Assembly: GCF_964355755.1 (NCBI RefSeq)
Contig: NC_092672.1
Coordinates: forward strand, 21,837,237-21,901,236
From: Antedon mediterranea
Taxonomy: Eukaryota; Animalia; Echinodermata
Direction: 5' to 3'
DNA length: 64,000 nucleotides
Shown here in pieces: positions 10,672 to 25,250 of this stretch (its first letter is position 1; each line of letters opens with the position of its first letter). Position numbers and translations under genes: made by a program. The notes below the pieces were generated by a model, which saw only the letters and a program-made list of their open reading frames with translations, was not told the DNA's origin and did no database searches.

Positions 10672-13600
10672 ATTTTTATGTGAATTTTTAACTTTGAAGA
10701 AACAAAAATAATTTCAACCCATGTACATATTTTACTGTGTTTGACCATGAATAAATGAATACTACTGTAGGCCGGTAGTTTGTTTAGTTTTATACCTAAT
10801 TAGGCCTACTGTAATAATATTACATTCAAATTGTTCTATCCTAATTATATAATTTTCAAAGTATTAAATACAAAAATACTAAAGGAATATAAAATGGAGA
10901 CTGCTTTGTTTTTTTTTCAAACATAAGAAATTTTATAATAATTAATCTGATACTCTAGAATATAATTTTAAAGTTGATTATTTTAATAAAATATAATATT
11001 TTTGGCATCATGTGGTACCACTCACACAGTGATAAAATGGCTGTTCAAGTAAGGCAAAAGCTTCCCTTTTCACCTCCTTTTAAACAATTTAAGCATTTAA
11101 CTAATGTACATAAGTACATTCCTATCTACCAGATTGTTGATTCAGACAGCTTTAACTGACACCAGGTTTAAAGATTTGATAATTTCATTGGATGATATCT
11201 TTTTTACTCAAACCACTCTGTCGGAGTCTAACTAAATACCTGATCTTAATAAAAAAATTTAAAATGCCAATAAATATAAGTTATTAAAAGATAGTAATAA
11301 AATTAGCGCTGTCAATTGAAATGAAAATTGGCTATTATATAATTTACGGGGTGAACAAAATTTGGTTCACAACTTTACTATATCAATTTTCAACACAAGT
11401 GCAACTGATTATCAATGATTTAGACACTCAATATAAAATCTGGTAGTGAAGATGATACACCTTTAAAGCTGTTTTCAAGTTATCAACTTTCATTTTGCAT
11501 TAGTGTTTAGTGGTTACAACAATATATAAACCACAAAATGATAATTGTCCAACGCTTTCTGTGTACCAATCCAGTTGTACCCAATGTTCCAAATTAATCG
11601 ATCAAAAATATTTGTGGTTAATTAAATTCCACAAATGTAAAATTTATGGAGAGCGACATTCAAGTTTATCTAAATTTTTTGCACAATAAAAAGAAGTTTG
11701 CTATTCCTTTTGTATAACAAACACATGGAATATTTTAAAACACATTTTTTTTCTATTGTTCACTAATCGTTGTATACTTTATTGTTTTATAGCATTGCTA
11801 TGTTTTAATATTGTTGGTGTTCCACTTTAGTGCTTTTTGACAATTAGGCTTAAATATAGTTGTTACTGTGTGCAAAACAATATCAGTTTTTTGTGGCAAC
11901 AGTGTACAGTTATATGCTCTAATTTAAAATATAATCTTTAATGTGTATTATTATCAATACATAATGCTATACATTATGTTTTTTCATGCTATGGTCATCA
12001 ATTTCCATTTGAAACACTTTATAAAACATTGAAAACAATAGTGCCTTGAACATTTTATTAAATTAATATTTAATCAATAGTTGAAGGTGTATTGTCCTCA
12101 AAATCATGAAAAATGAAGATTAATTAAATCAGATTTTGAATATGTTATTTTGTAGGGTTTTAATAAAGTTAATCACTTCCGTAGAAAAAAAATGGAAAAA
12201 AAATAATGTTTTCACTTATAAAATGACAAATAAATGGTTAAATATAACCAAAAACCAATTAGCTACCAGTCACATTGAACATAGGATCAAATTGTTGGTC
12301 AAAATGGATAACTGTTATGTTACATTCAAATGGCACATTCAACAAAAATGTTAAGAGTTTTTTTTTCAGGGGCACATCTTTAACAAAAACACTTAACATT
12401 TCACAAACCTTCAATTGTTCTTACATATGATTTTGTATTTTTTTATATGAAGTGCAATTTTTACAAATTGTTTTTTAGACAAGTCATTTAAATGACCTAT
12501 GATCCCTGTGTATTATAATGATCAAAGATGCTAGTTGTACTGAATATTTTAGTATGATGTTTTATTCATCATCTTTATTAATGAATTTTGCCATATACTC
12601 TTTTATTGTCAATACACTACCAATCTGTCCACCACCACCTCCTCATTAAATAGTGAAGAGGAATGATATTAAAGGATGTAATATACACCCATTTTAGACC
12701 CATTTTTAGTTTTCCATAATACATTACAAGGGCCTATACATTTTATATTACACAGTGCCCTCACTCATCATTTATTTTACTTTTTAAAATTTCTTTTTTT
12801 GTTCGCACTTTCAGTACCAGTGTACTGTTCAACAAAAACCAATGTACTTGACAATGATTATTTTGCTTTTTATTAAAAGAAAGAAATTAACAAACACAAA
12901 TAAAAAATAAAACTTGGTCTACTAAAATCCGTGAATAAGTGCATATATATTAAAAGCTTTGGTTGCAGTGCAAGTTAGTTGACCAATAACCAGTAATTTG
13001 TTTAGTTTTGAGTAGGTGTACTGTAATAATATCATAGGTTATAAAACATGTACATTTACTATCAACATTCATATCCTGATGAATTTCAACATTTCTTAAA
13101 AGCTAAATGGAACTTAGTCTACAACCTAGTTTTCCTGATAATATCTATCTGAGATCAAACTTTTTACACTTTGATAGATTTGTTTGATAATAAAACAAAG
13201 GGATTGTCATTGGCAACCCTTATCACCATGGTTAGGAAAAGACTGAATAACACAAATTGTTAAAGACTGTTCGTTTCATGTCCAGGATTTGAATTATTTA
13301 TTTTTTATGCGGGGTAATTACTATTAGTCAATCAATGAATTCTACTACAAATAGAAATATGTTGTAAATGCAATATTGTGGGCATGCAATGCATGTGGTG
13401 GGGTGTTTACTCAAGGAAATAGTCCAAATGATGTTCTATAGGGACGTAATATTCGTGGGGGATTATTCAAAAGAGGGTGTTTAATCAAATTGTCATCCAT
13501 GCACCCTACCAGGTCCCCCATCTCTGAAACCTATCAGCACCACAACCACACAGGTTCAGTACATTTTCTAGTAAAAAGACCCCCACCTTCATTAACAACC

Positions 13601-16296
13601 CAGCAAATGGGCATTTGATATGGAACACAATCTAAAATGTTTGTCACCGAAGTTGAGCTTGAGTGACACTGACAGTCGATACTGAAACACACATGGAATT
13701 TGATTTAGTGATTTGAATAAAATAAATTTAATTAATTTCAAACAATGACAATTTATTTAATTTATTTAAAAATTGATATTAAAATATAAAGCATTTTTTT
13801 CATTTAATCTGGGGATGGTAATGGGATAAAAAATAAATAATAATTTAAGTATAAGCTAGTAAAATAGTTTGTTTAGCAGAATTGCTATCGAAGTTTACTC
13901 AATAATATAGTTCTACTGTTACCACTATTACATTCTTGAATGATTAATTAACACCAAACATGTTGAGTGCTTTCTGCCTTTTTAGCTTATATACATTTTG
14001 ACATTTGGCACCACCTGCAGTTGATTGAATGTATCAGTTAAATGTTCTTGATTTTAATTTCCAGGGCATGGACCTATAATCATTGATACAACTGAAGTAT
14101 CTTAACCCTTATCTATCTTATCTAGTTTGTTAACTCTTCTCAAAATGAATTCACAAGGTTCTTCTAGATAATGTAGTGTTTTTTCATTTGTTTTTTTGTT
14201 CACTTGCCTAATTTTAGGTCTTGAAATTTAAAAATGAATATTTGGTTGAAAGAAATGAAAAAGTGATGAAAATGAGAGCCTCTGTTTAGGCTGTACACTT
14301 ATGTTTTAAACAGTATAGTTGTAAAAGTAAATGTTAATGATTGATAATGGTTTATTACATTTTATAGACTTGTTATTATGGCTACGTATGGCTGTGTATT
14401 AATTATAAAAACAGTTTAATTTTCAATTAATACCAAACATGTTGGATAATCATTTGACTAATATCAAAATAAGTTTATTGTTTAATAATATTTTGCTTTT
14501 ATAAATAATCATAGTTATACTAAATAAAATACCAAAAAGTAATGAATTTATTATTTAAAGTTTTTATTATTCTAATATACAACAAATTAGTTTTGCTTAT
14601 TATTACTCTGAATCTTTTTAGTTTCTTTGTAATAATAGTTAATTCTTGTTTATATTGTTTTAAAAGTATTTGTACTAAAAAAATATTACTTTAATAAGTA
14701 GTATTTTTAATGATTTCAGTAGGCTGTTAATCATTTTAGTTGTATGCCTAATTACTGTAATTATATCATAAATTGTCAATATTATCTTGTTAATACTAAT
14801 AAATAAATAATAATAAATAAATAACCCACTAGAGATCTATGTCGGCTCCTAGGCCTGTATAATCGTCGTGAGGTGGTTTCCCGAATGATCGTAAAATCAA
14901 AAACGGTACTGTGTATGACCAACTAGCGTTATTGTCACCGGCTAGTCATCCATTCATAGAAGTACTGATGTAGTAGCCTACCTGTACGGAGACCATAGAA
15001 TGTGACCCGAGGCATGACTAACTACGACTTTTAGATGATAGAAAGTTGAGAAAAATTGTTACGAGTAGTTGTACGACATGAAGATGTTTATGAAATTATG
15101 TCAATAATGTTTACACACTAGGCATACAAATAGTAATGTTTGTTAGTAAAAATAATTTTGAGTTAATCAGAATAAGATATAAGGAAGAAAAGCAAAGAGA
15201 CTATGGAGCGGCTATTCCTGAATATACAATACTAAGTATCGTAGATTTAAATTATAAATTTTAGGCGATCTTGTCAAAGGTCAAGCGCCTATAGCCTGCC
15301 ACCTTTAAAAAGTATAAACTAAAATATAATAAATTAAGACTCTTTGTACACATGTTGTACATCATTGCTTTTTTTGTTGTTGTACATCATTGCTTTTTTA
15401 TACCGTTGCCACCGCATTTTCGGTCTTTGCAATACCCATGTTTATACTGTTATATACATTAATATCTTTCCTTTATTAGTAGTGCCATCTATGTTTTGAT
15501 ATTTTCCAAAAATGTTATAGTGCACGCTATTAGTGTGGACATAACTATCATAGAACCTCTCAATATTTCATTTGTTCAAGTTGAGATATCATACTTTAAT
15601 TCATCGTTCACATCAGCAGTTGATTGAATGTAATGTTTAAATATTATCTACTCAACAAAAATATGTTCCATTTGTATAATGTACAGTAAGCATTAATAAA
15701 CTTTACATTATTTTTTCTTTGCGTATCTAAATACCCTATAAAGTATGAATACACATGTGGTTGATAACCACAATAAAATAAAATATAGATAAATTGGCCA
15801 GACAAATTGGTAGGCATACTGGCCCACATCTTTCTGTTTCACTACATTATACTGGTACTGCCAGTAACTGCTGCTGCTAATAACATTATCAATTCCAATT
15901 ATTCAGACAACAATGAATACAAATAAAAAACAACAAAAAAACAACTTTTTCCCATAAAAAAACTTTCTGAGATAACAGTTTTAATTATTGTTCTTTCTTC
16001 ATTAAATGCTATTTTTTAAATTGATATTCTATTTAATAATTTAAGAAATAAAGATTTATTATCAATTATTTTTGTTTAAAAATCAGTAGTAAACATTTTG
16101 TGTCACATAAAAATAGTTTGAATTACTATAGACAATAGTACTATGCATATTCTTAGTGGCGTTACTCCCTAAGGTTGGAGTGACCCACTCATACCCACAA
16201 ACATTTCAGTGAACAAAAAAATGTATAATTTGTCATGAGCCTTCGTTGTACAGCAGCAGCCGACAAACGTACTCGCTAATATATATATATATATAT

Positions 16297-16521
16297 TCCT
16301 GTCCACCCAGGCAGCACTTGCCAGCTTTATACTATGACGTTATCCAAATTCCTTCACTTGCACTGATGAAGGGCTAGTGTTGCCCGAAAGCTCTGCTAAC
16401 TTTTCTGGCTGTTTACTTTATCGTTTTGATTTAGCTTTTCGCTTTTTATTTTTGTATCTCCATTGAGATCCAGCCACTGATACCCACAGCATTGTCATTT
16501 ATTTCAGTAATTTGCCTTTGG

Positions 16522-16524
<3 letters not shown>
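16297..16524 (+). mobile_element. Penelope-like element (pseudo-LTR) fragment between (TA)n tracts
   Basis: Bounded by (TA)n at ~16279-16296 and 16525-16552; contains a minimal hammerhead of the kind described from Penelope-like elements. Confidence 0.65.
16360..16396 (+). ncRNA. Minimal type I hammerhead ribozyme
   Basis: GCA-CUGAUGA-A-GGGC(UAGUGUU)GCCC-GAA-AGCU-C-UGC: conserved core, 4-bp stem II, palindromic AGCU stem III, UC cleavage site, stem I GCA/UGC. Confidence 0.8.
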
Positions 16525-16555
<31 letters not shown>

Positions 16556-18234
16556 AAAAAATTCATTATCTATATATACCCAATTCGCCAAAAATATTTA
16601 CCATAGAGGAAGGATTGTTTTGACCATTAATTATTCAATGATATATCTGACGGTAATTATACTTAGCCCCTATGTTGACAGCCAAAACATTGTTTATTGA
16701 ACATAGGTCAAACTAATGTCTATATACATCTCATAAACTCTCTCTGCGCATGCCCAGTTTGAGTTTAAAAATTCCCATTTAGACTCTTTTCCCAGACGTG
16801 CTTAGAGGTGTGCTCATGTCCAGTTTGTGTTTCTAAATACCCATTTGTTCAGCCTTAATAAACTATTATAAGCCTTGAATGTAACTGCCTACAAAAAAAA
16901 ACTTGTTGTGTACTTTTTGAAAATTTACTTTTTCATTAATTTTATTTACTGAAGTATAAAACATTTCAATAGAATAAGCAATGATTGGAACATGTGATAC
17001 AGCACTTTATTTGTTTATTGGTATACTCAGTATGCATGGTCTACTAGGAAAGTTGTATGTAGCCTCAGTGAATATTATTCACATCCTATACAATATTATT
17101 CCACTGTTTGTCTTCAATGTTCATCAAAATAATATATTAATATTTATTAGCTTGTTATAAAATCATTAGTTATAGGATTTATAGTATAGATAATTTTTAG
17201 TTGCATTGAATCTTTTTCAAATGTTGGTATATATACATGTGAATCAATAATGTTTATTTCTTTGTTATAATTACTGTATAATGACTTATTTCCAGTGATT
17301 TTTTTTTTATATCTTTGAATTAAAAAGAATAACAATTTTTATGAATTTGTTTTAATGTAAATTTGATTAATTTTTTGTAAGTCAATTCAATAAGTATAAC
17401 ACAAATAATAAAGATCTTAAAATCTATTAAACTGTATAAATGTTAAGTTTGCATTTCTTATGTACTGTATTGATTTTCAGATTCAATATTTTTCACATCG
17501 ATATGATTTGTTAGGTTCTTGATATTCTGGCATCAGCCAAACCTTTACCCATTTTAATTCTCTGACAGACTTGAGCTATTCAGGGAGGTATAAAAATGGT
17601 CATGGTATTTCTAAAAACTGTCCATTTGATCTAACAACTTTAAAAAATGAAACAAATATGGTTAAAAAGATGTGTACAATTAAATTGTCCATTTTTTTTT
17701 ATCAGATTAAACTCAAGATTAACATTGTTACAATCAATATTGAGACTAATATGCTACACTTGCAAGAACTTGTACTAGCTAAACTCCACCACAACACCAT
17801 AGAGCAATGAACTATTTCTTTGCTCTATGATCACATAAAGGATAATTAACATAATTAAGTTACTTAAAACATGTTCCTGAAAGTAAAAGTTTGTATGCCA
17901 AACCTTCAATAATTTAATATTAAAAAAAATTTATATAAATAAAACTAAAATGTGATTGATAATTTAAATACCAGCAACAACATTTTGACATTAAAATTGA
18001 AATAATACAAAATTGTATAAAAGTATATAACATAATTATCATATTTTTATAAAAATGTATACAAAAGTAGAAATCAAATTCTGAAAACTAATTTGACTTG
18101 GTTACATTGCGTATGATGATGCAGTAAATAGTTGCAAATTGAGTAACCCTCTGTATAAATTACATACCAAATGAATATGTGCAACTGTAAGATATATACA
18201 GTATAACCAATATTGTATGTATTTCATATTATAG

Positions 18235-18333
18235 GATGGTTGGACAGCTTTGCATGATGCAGCAGCTAATGGACACACAGCCTGCTGCAGCCTGCTGTTG
18301 AATGCAGGAGCAGGTGTCAATCTATCAAGCAAA
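18235..18333 (+). CDS. Internal exon encoding one ankyrin repeat (host gene; other exons not identified in this window)
   Basis: tattatag|GATGGTTGG...AGCAAA|gtaagt; 99 nt, phase 0/0; DGWTALHDAAANGHTACCSLLLNAGAGVNLSSK matches the ankyrin consensus. Confidence 0.9.
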
Positions 18334-19648
18334 GTAAGTCATCTTCATTATTATTCATTGTCATTTTTAAATATATAACATTTTATATTTTAAACATAAT
18401 GATCTTTTGGGTAATAATATTTAATGTATAAAACTCCATTGATGCTGAAATTGGCATAATTTGAAGATCAATATATTTTTTCTCTGATACTAGTCATGAA
18501 AATTGCTATGACACTACATTAACATTTTGTCATGTATTTCCATTGAACAATTAAAACAATGGAAATGATAGTGTCAATTTTACTTAACTAAACTACAGCA
18601 ACATGCTATATGCACAATTGAAATATATCATCCTTATTCCAAAGTGTTGATATACAGTAATTTAAACAGTATTATGAACACTACAATTTTTAAAACTTTT
18701 AATATTTCTTTAGATCATTATGATTTTGTATATCTTAAAAGTTCATTTTTTACCAAAATGTTTTAATAACTTTTGAAACACTATGATTCTACCTACATTA
18801 TCAAATGCAGCATTCGACAGCTTGCAAAGAAATTGAAAAACACATTTTTCGTGCAAATTTGCTGTTCTGACATAGCTTAATAGATGAAGGTGAATCAAAC
18901 AATGCCCCAGCTCAAAAGGCGCTTATTATCAGTCTTCCGGTTTAGGAGGAGTCACAGTAACAAATGTTAAGTTGTATAATATAGATTGGCTTGCTACTCA
19001 TATAGTCATTGTTGGTCAATATTTGCCTATTTTTGTCTTATTAAAAATCTGAAGTATTCTACCTATTTTTGGGTTATTTAAAATTGGTTGTTGATTTTGT
19101 CTTTTAAATCGTTAAATTGTGCGTAGTGCTACCAATTTGAAAGGTATTAAATTTAAAAGCAATGCCAAGACTGGAATTCTGTTTGGATATCATAGATGAA
19201 ATACCCTTGTAGCATCGCAAAGATATCATTTTTGATAGATGAATTTGACAATTGGAAAAAAAAAGACATTGTTTGGTATCAAATTGGTGGCAAATGCTAC
19301 CATACATTTTTGGAAAGCTTAGTATGCCTACTTTTTAGAAATCTATGATAGCAATGCCAATTGTACAGCTTAATAATTTATGATTATATAACACCGCCTA
19401 CAGAAAATATGCAACACAAAATCTTGGGGTAGGTGGTAGTGTAATTTTGCAAGTCCAACAATTATTGACAACATTAGAGGTCAGAAGGTCATAGAAGTTT
19501 AATAAAAGTTGAAATTTCGTCTAATATTAACTTTTGACAAAACAAATACAATATAAATCTTATGCAAACTGATGTTTTCATGAACATAGATCCAATGAAC
19601 AAGAAAATTGAATTAAAAAAAAAAGAATATACATTACAAATTGTTGTA

Positions 19649-19710
19649 CATAGCAGCACATGTATGTGCCTGATTGATGCAGGATCAGATGTAAATGTTA
19701 CAGTCATGCA
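19649..19710 (+). pseudogene. Decayed ankyrin-repeat exon remnant
   Basis: Translates HSSTCMCLIDAGSDVNVTVM, the second half of an ankyrin repeat. The first half and the splice sites are missing. Confidence 0.55.
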
Positions 19711-22700
19711 CACTTGTATTTAAGTGTCTCAAGTAATTGTATAATTTTAACAAACTATTTAACTTTTTCTTCAAATTTAAAAAGTTTAGCTTCATTTTTC
19801 ATAAAATCTACAAATTGAAGTAGTAAAGATGATGATGGATGATGATATACAACAATTACAATACATTAGTTTATATTTTTTAATGACAGGTTTGCCAAAT
19901 ATAATTGTGGCACATTGCCGCATATAATTACTGTAGATAAAACCTGTTTAAATTAAATTTGCTCATAAGAGCATTATTGTTCTACGGAGTGTGCCTTGAA
20001 GGCTTTGGTCTTTGCTCTATTATCCTCTGTACCCCATCTCTTGTAGTATAATATCCCACTACCCGGTCTGTGTTAAAGGCATCCATGTATACTAATTCAT
20101 ATTATATTTACTTGCTTCAAATAAAAAAATGGATAGCTAGATTGTTTTAAATTTAAAGAAATGCAGAGAATAATTTGCAAGCATATAATTATATTTGAAC
20201 ATAATGAACAAGTACCTAGAAGGTACAGTAGTCTTCTTTATTGTACCTTTTTAACATCCTAGATGTGGGTAAAGTACTTTCCAAGAATCCTCTCTCACTT
20301 CTCATCTGTTGTGCTGGCATACATATTTTATTTGTTTTATTCTTTGACTTCATTTATATATTATCTTTCATTTATATGTAATTGTGAAACATTCTAAGCA
20401 TGCCATGAAAACATTTTATTATCTTATTTTATGCAATGTTATTATATTCTTCAATTTAAAGTAGGATCTTGATGTTTTTCAACAACAGCTTGCTATAGAA
20501 AGAAAGTTGATTGAATATAATTATATGTAAATTTTTCAGAAAATTCAGTCGATGATCACTGGTTTAAAAAAAAGAAATATTTGATACAGTATTTAAAATG
20601 AATTAATGAAAACAATTATGCATTTCTTCAATAGTCGCAAATGGTAACTGGCCTCTTAATTTATTTCAAAATGTACCCAACTTTGTCAATAAATGATCCA
20701 ATATTGTGAAATAAGTAAATAATATTCTAATTTTAGCTATTAATTATGTGAAAATCATTCAATTTGAGGCCTCTAATATTAATCTCATATTAGTAAACAT
20801 GTCCTGATCAATTTTAAATATCAGTGCTAAATAAACTTGTCTCCTAAATCTAAAACTTAGTTTTCTTCATCTTTCTGAGATAAAACATTGTTTGAATGCC
20901 TTTCTGATGAATTTGACAGTAAAACAAAGGTAATTTCATTGCAAACCATTGTTTATATCACCATAGTTAATACAGTTTTAAAGAAAACTGAATAGGCCAA
21001 ATTTGTTTCATGTCCAGGATTTGAATTTTTTATTTTTTATTTGAGAAATGTACAAAATATGTGAAAGATGGTCTTACAGTTCAGTTGTGTTTACATACCT
21101 TAGAGTGTGTAATAAATGCTTCATTTTTATTTTTTTTTATTACTATTAAAAGATACAATGTAGCTAATAGATTAGAAAGTCTTCCATCTACAAAATTTGA
21201 TTATAAAGGAAATATGAAACTAATTAACATTTTGTTTTTATTTATTTTATCTTTCATATGTTATTAATCTATAATTTATATATACTACAGCTTGTGTATC
21301 TGACAGTGTTCTTTCTTCTTTATTTTAAATTAAAAAACGCCAGTTTGGAGCAATGTCAAATGATCAAAGCTAAACTTAATTGTCAAAAATAATAATTATA
21401 ATACAGTTAACCTTTCCACCTACGCACTGTAATTCTTAATTACAAACTTTCTTATTTACAAATGCCGGTCATCACTAAGTTTGTTTACACTTGATATACT
21501 TACTTTCTGCATGTAAATTATGTTATTTCAAAATTACATGCGGAACAATAAAGTTATTGATTAATCATTAATACTCCTCACACTTATTTAAATTTTATTA
21601 ATCAAATACTGTAATTTAATAATATTGATAATGTGCCAAATTTTTAAGTTAAATTGAGATTTGCTATTCTCTTAAAAACAAAAAACCAATATATTCTTAG
21701 GCTAAATCTTACATAATTTATTTTAAATTGTATTTTTAAGTGTATATGGTCATTATTACAGTTATGATCATACTTCAGTTTAAAATAATTTCCATTAAAC
21801 AATTCTATAAGAGAAGGAGCACACTAAGTGCAATAGCTTTCTTTAACTTACCAGTATTTTCAGTTAATTCATTGCAATTATATCCTGCATTAATATCATT
21901 GCAATTATTATACTACTATATAATTTGAATTCAAGCAAATTATGTAGTTAGACAGGGGTAATAATGTCAGCTGCATTACATCAAATCAAGAAATTTTAAT
22001 ACAATTACACTGCTAGAAACAATGGTCAATCCAATTGTGGTCCCAATATGTCCTTCATAAAGAATGGGAAAATAATAATAATAATAATGGATAAATAAAT
22101 GACAAATATTGTTTATTACTATTATAACTTTAAAATCATAGCACATGGGCAGTACTCACCAATTTTCATATTTGTTGCTCATACCAAAATGTAAAACCAC
22201 TAATGCTAGAGAATTTACTTGTTACAGACTTATGGCAAAATCAGCATTGTATTAAACTATCGCATGGAAGTTTTCAAATAATATATACTATGGCCCTGTT
22301 TCTTCTGCCAAGAATATACACACTGTATATTATTTTATATGGTATTTTTTTGTGGCAGCAGAAATGGGTATCATAAAAAATATACTGTATAAATATACCG
22401 TATAATCTTGATCATTATCGATATCGTTATCTCTGATATTTTATCATACTGTATATTTCTTGCACCTTTCTGCTGCGTCATGAATATACCATCTATATTG
22501 TTCACCCATAACACAAGGTTTGTTGAGCAAACCCTACTTAGAACAATTACTAAAATGTCACAGTGGACTGAAAATCTTAAGATATTTGCTCTATTTAAAT
22601 GTGATAGAACCGAGGTTTCAGGGTAATAGGAGATGTGGGGTTTGGTTGTCGTCAAAACAAGTGAACAGTAAGCAGTACAAAACAGCAATGGACAATGACT

Positions 22701-22946
22701 GAAAGTTAGGTAGACACGGGGTTATCCGGTCCCATATGGGATTTTACGGGATCGAACCATAGCTATCTATTCCTCAATCCATATAATCCCACAAAGTAGT
22801 TTTCAAAGGAAACGGGTCACCGAATTATAATTCTAATATATTATTACGTTATGTTTATGCCGTACATATTGTAGCAGAAACAGGGCCTATCTTACATTAA
22901 TGGCTCATTGGGATGACTAAAGGTTGGTATTAATAGTAATACCTAA

Positions 22947-23122
22947 GGGTAGACTCACAGCGTTAGGTTTGTTATCCAACACAAGGTAATCCTCTCTTGC
23001 TAGGGTTCCTATTAACGCAAATGGCAAGGCGTAACAGCTTCCTAACGGTAATCTGCAGCTTAGTTCACATACAAAAGTATGTACACTGCTTACATAACGC
23101 CACCGTGAGTCTGAACATACCC
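22947..23122. mobile_element. Internally deleted Harbinger MITE (paralog of 5996-6493)
   Basis: Same ends and TAA TSDs as 5996-6493; ~320 bp of the interior is missing. Confidence 0.65.
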
Positions 23123-24964
23123 TAAGACACTGAACAGTACTATGTTTAAAAATAAAGGTGATTAATCAAAGGCTGATAACTCCTCCACATAAAACTCCTA
23201 GAAAGTAGGAAGCCTTTTGTCCTCTTCCCTGACTGACTGAGCATATGATCTCTCTATTAATAATTTATATTGTAAACCTTATTATGTAAACAGAAATATC
23301 AATGAAAATTCTTCTTCACTAAAAAGTTTTTAAAGATATGCTACATTATTAGCAATTTACACCTAAATCCAGCCCTCAGTCTTAACCCTTTTCCAACATG
23401 CAATTTGTTTTTTGAGGATATTCACTACATTATTAGCAAATTACCCCCTAAATCCACCCTTTTCCCACATGGCTGTTGAAAAAGTGTGTCATCCATTGGA
23501 ATAGTTTTATTGCCAGTATTGTATGTCTGTGGATTTTCCATCTGAATTGACATAGCAGCAATCAATCATTGTGCCACTTATGAATTTCATGTGTGAGAGC
23601 ATTTCCGGCCATCTAGAGGTGTCATCTATATATAAATTTACGTAAGGGCAAAATTCGGTAAATCGCGCCTTACTTTTAGAATTTTTACTCGATGGTATGT
23701 AAAGTTGGTTCGTACTTTCGGTACTGATTTTAACCACCTGATGTAACCCTGTTTACTAATTAAATTAAGTTAGATAATTAGTTATTGACGATTAAAACGA
23801 ATTTAGGTTCAAAGATTTGCCCCAAATAGGGGTGTTTTCCGATCGTGGTATGCACTGTCTAATGGATGTCCATCTTGAAAAATACCCGCCACAAAAATTG
23901 GAGGAGGCTTCGCATTTTCCTATCTCCTCCTACGATAATTGTTTTTAATAGCTGAAAACCGGTTAAAAAGCTCGAGTACAGTATCATAATGTTGAAGACA
24001 GGCCGATTTTCTTTTAAAAATATTATTTTGATAGATTTAATATACGTTATACAAATGTATTGATTTGCGAAGAATGGAACATTCCAATCTCTGTGTCGTT
24101 CCACAAGTTTCTATTCCCTCAGGCGTCGTAAAGGAAAGTACTGTATACTCATAACAGAAATTCGATCCATTTTTTTTTCAATCTGTGCTGCAGAGGTTGG
24201 ATATAATTTTTTTTAAACGGATAATGAGCTAGCGTTTTCAGTCGCAGTATATTTATGTACAAATCTTTATTATTGCAGTTAAACCCCGCACATCATCACC
24301 CTTCCCTCACTGGCATGAGTAGCGTTGTAAAGCCAGTAGAGGATAGGCCTACAGTGCATCACATGCCCTAAACGCAGAACAACTTTGGTGGGTAGGGTAG
24401 GAACCAACTTAAGTATGAATTAGCTCTAAGAAACAATTGAAAACCATTAGGCCTACTAATTAAGTTGAGTTAGATAATTTAAAATTTATTGAAGATTAAA
24501 TCGAATTTATGATTTGCCCCGAATAGAGGTGGTTTTCACAAATTGTTATACATTATATAAACATATACACGTCGTAGTGATGTGTCGTTATACACGTACT
24601 GTACTTTTCAATCGACTAGGACGGTGATAGTTTCAAAAAAGTATTACATCGCAATGTTTTACTGTGTTTAGTGGTATAATATTTGTAAAACATGAAAACA
24701 ATTAATATTTCGTTACTAAATAAATAAAGAATAAATAGATAAAGAATATATTTAAAAATTGTTCCTCTTTGCACCATCCTCTTCCCCATCCCTCAACCCT
24801 AATGTTACATATAAAACACAAATTAAGTTTGTTTAAAGTTTGGTATTCAAACTTTAAAGTTTAAAAAAATTAAGATAAAATGAGTTGAATATTTATTATT
24901 GAAATGAGTAATTATTATTCAATTACATAATAAAAAATTAGTTTTGATAGCTGAATTCAATTAG

Positions 24965-25250
24965 CTTGGTGTTAATGAACATTACGATTACTACATTAAT
25001 ACATAACTTGCTTGCTCATCTTGATTGTGCTAAATACTTATGCTAGGGTTTTATTTCTAGATTTTTCGTCCTCTTTTAATTCTATACAATCAAGTATTTT
25101 AATGAAATCAGTAAAACAGCTTAAAGAATAATAGGAACTAAAGAGAACACTAAAGATATTGTTAAAAGTGCAATAAGTAAAAAGTAATTATGTCGGATGA
25201 GTATCACCCTTCCTCACCATTATCTTGTCTTTAGTAAGTCAGGGCGTTTA
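24965..25250 (+). mobile_element. Rex1/Babar LINE relic (duplicate)
   Basis: TLIHNLLAHLDCAK..YARVLFLDFSSSFNSIQ (Rex1 RT motif RILFVDFSSAFNTI), then MSDEYHP..HHYLVFSKSGRL, truncated by deletion. Confidence 0.7.

Larger units (their letters stand above)
1978..12841 (+). repeat. Segmental duplication, copy 1 (paired with 22388-26190)
   Basis: Collinear, highly similar blocks: 1978-2238/22388-22647, 5699-6040/22659-22992, ~6365-6950/22993-23570, ~7103-7160/23570-23626, 7430-7724/24853-25250, 11808-12841/25251-26190. Confidence 0.85.

Noticed and set aside
18102-18332. Minus-strand 76-aa ORF
   Set aside because: Antisense shadow of the ankyrin exon, which has canonical splice sites on the plus strand.
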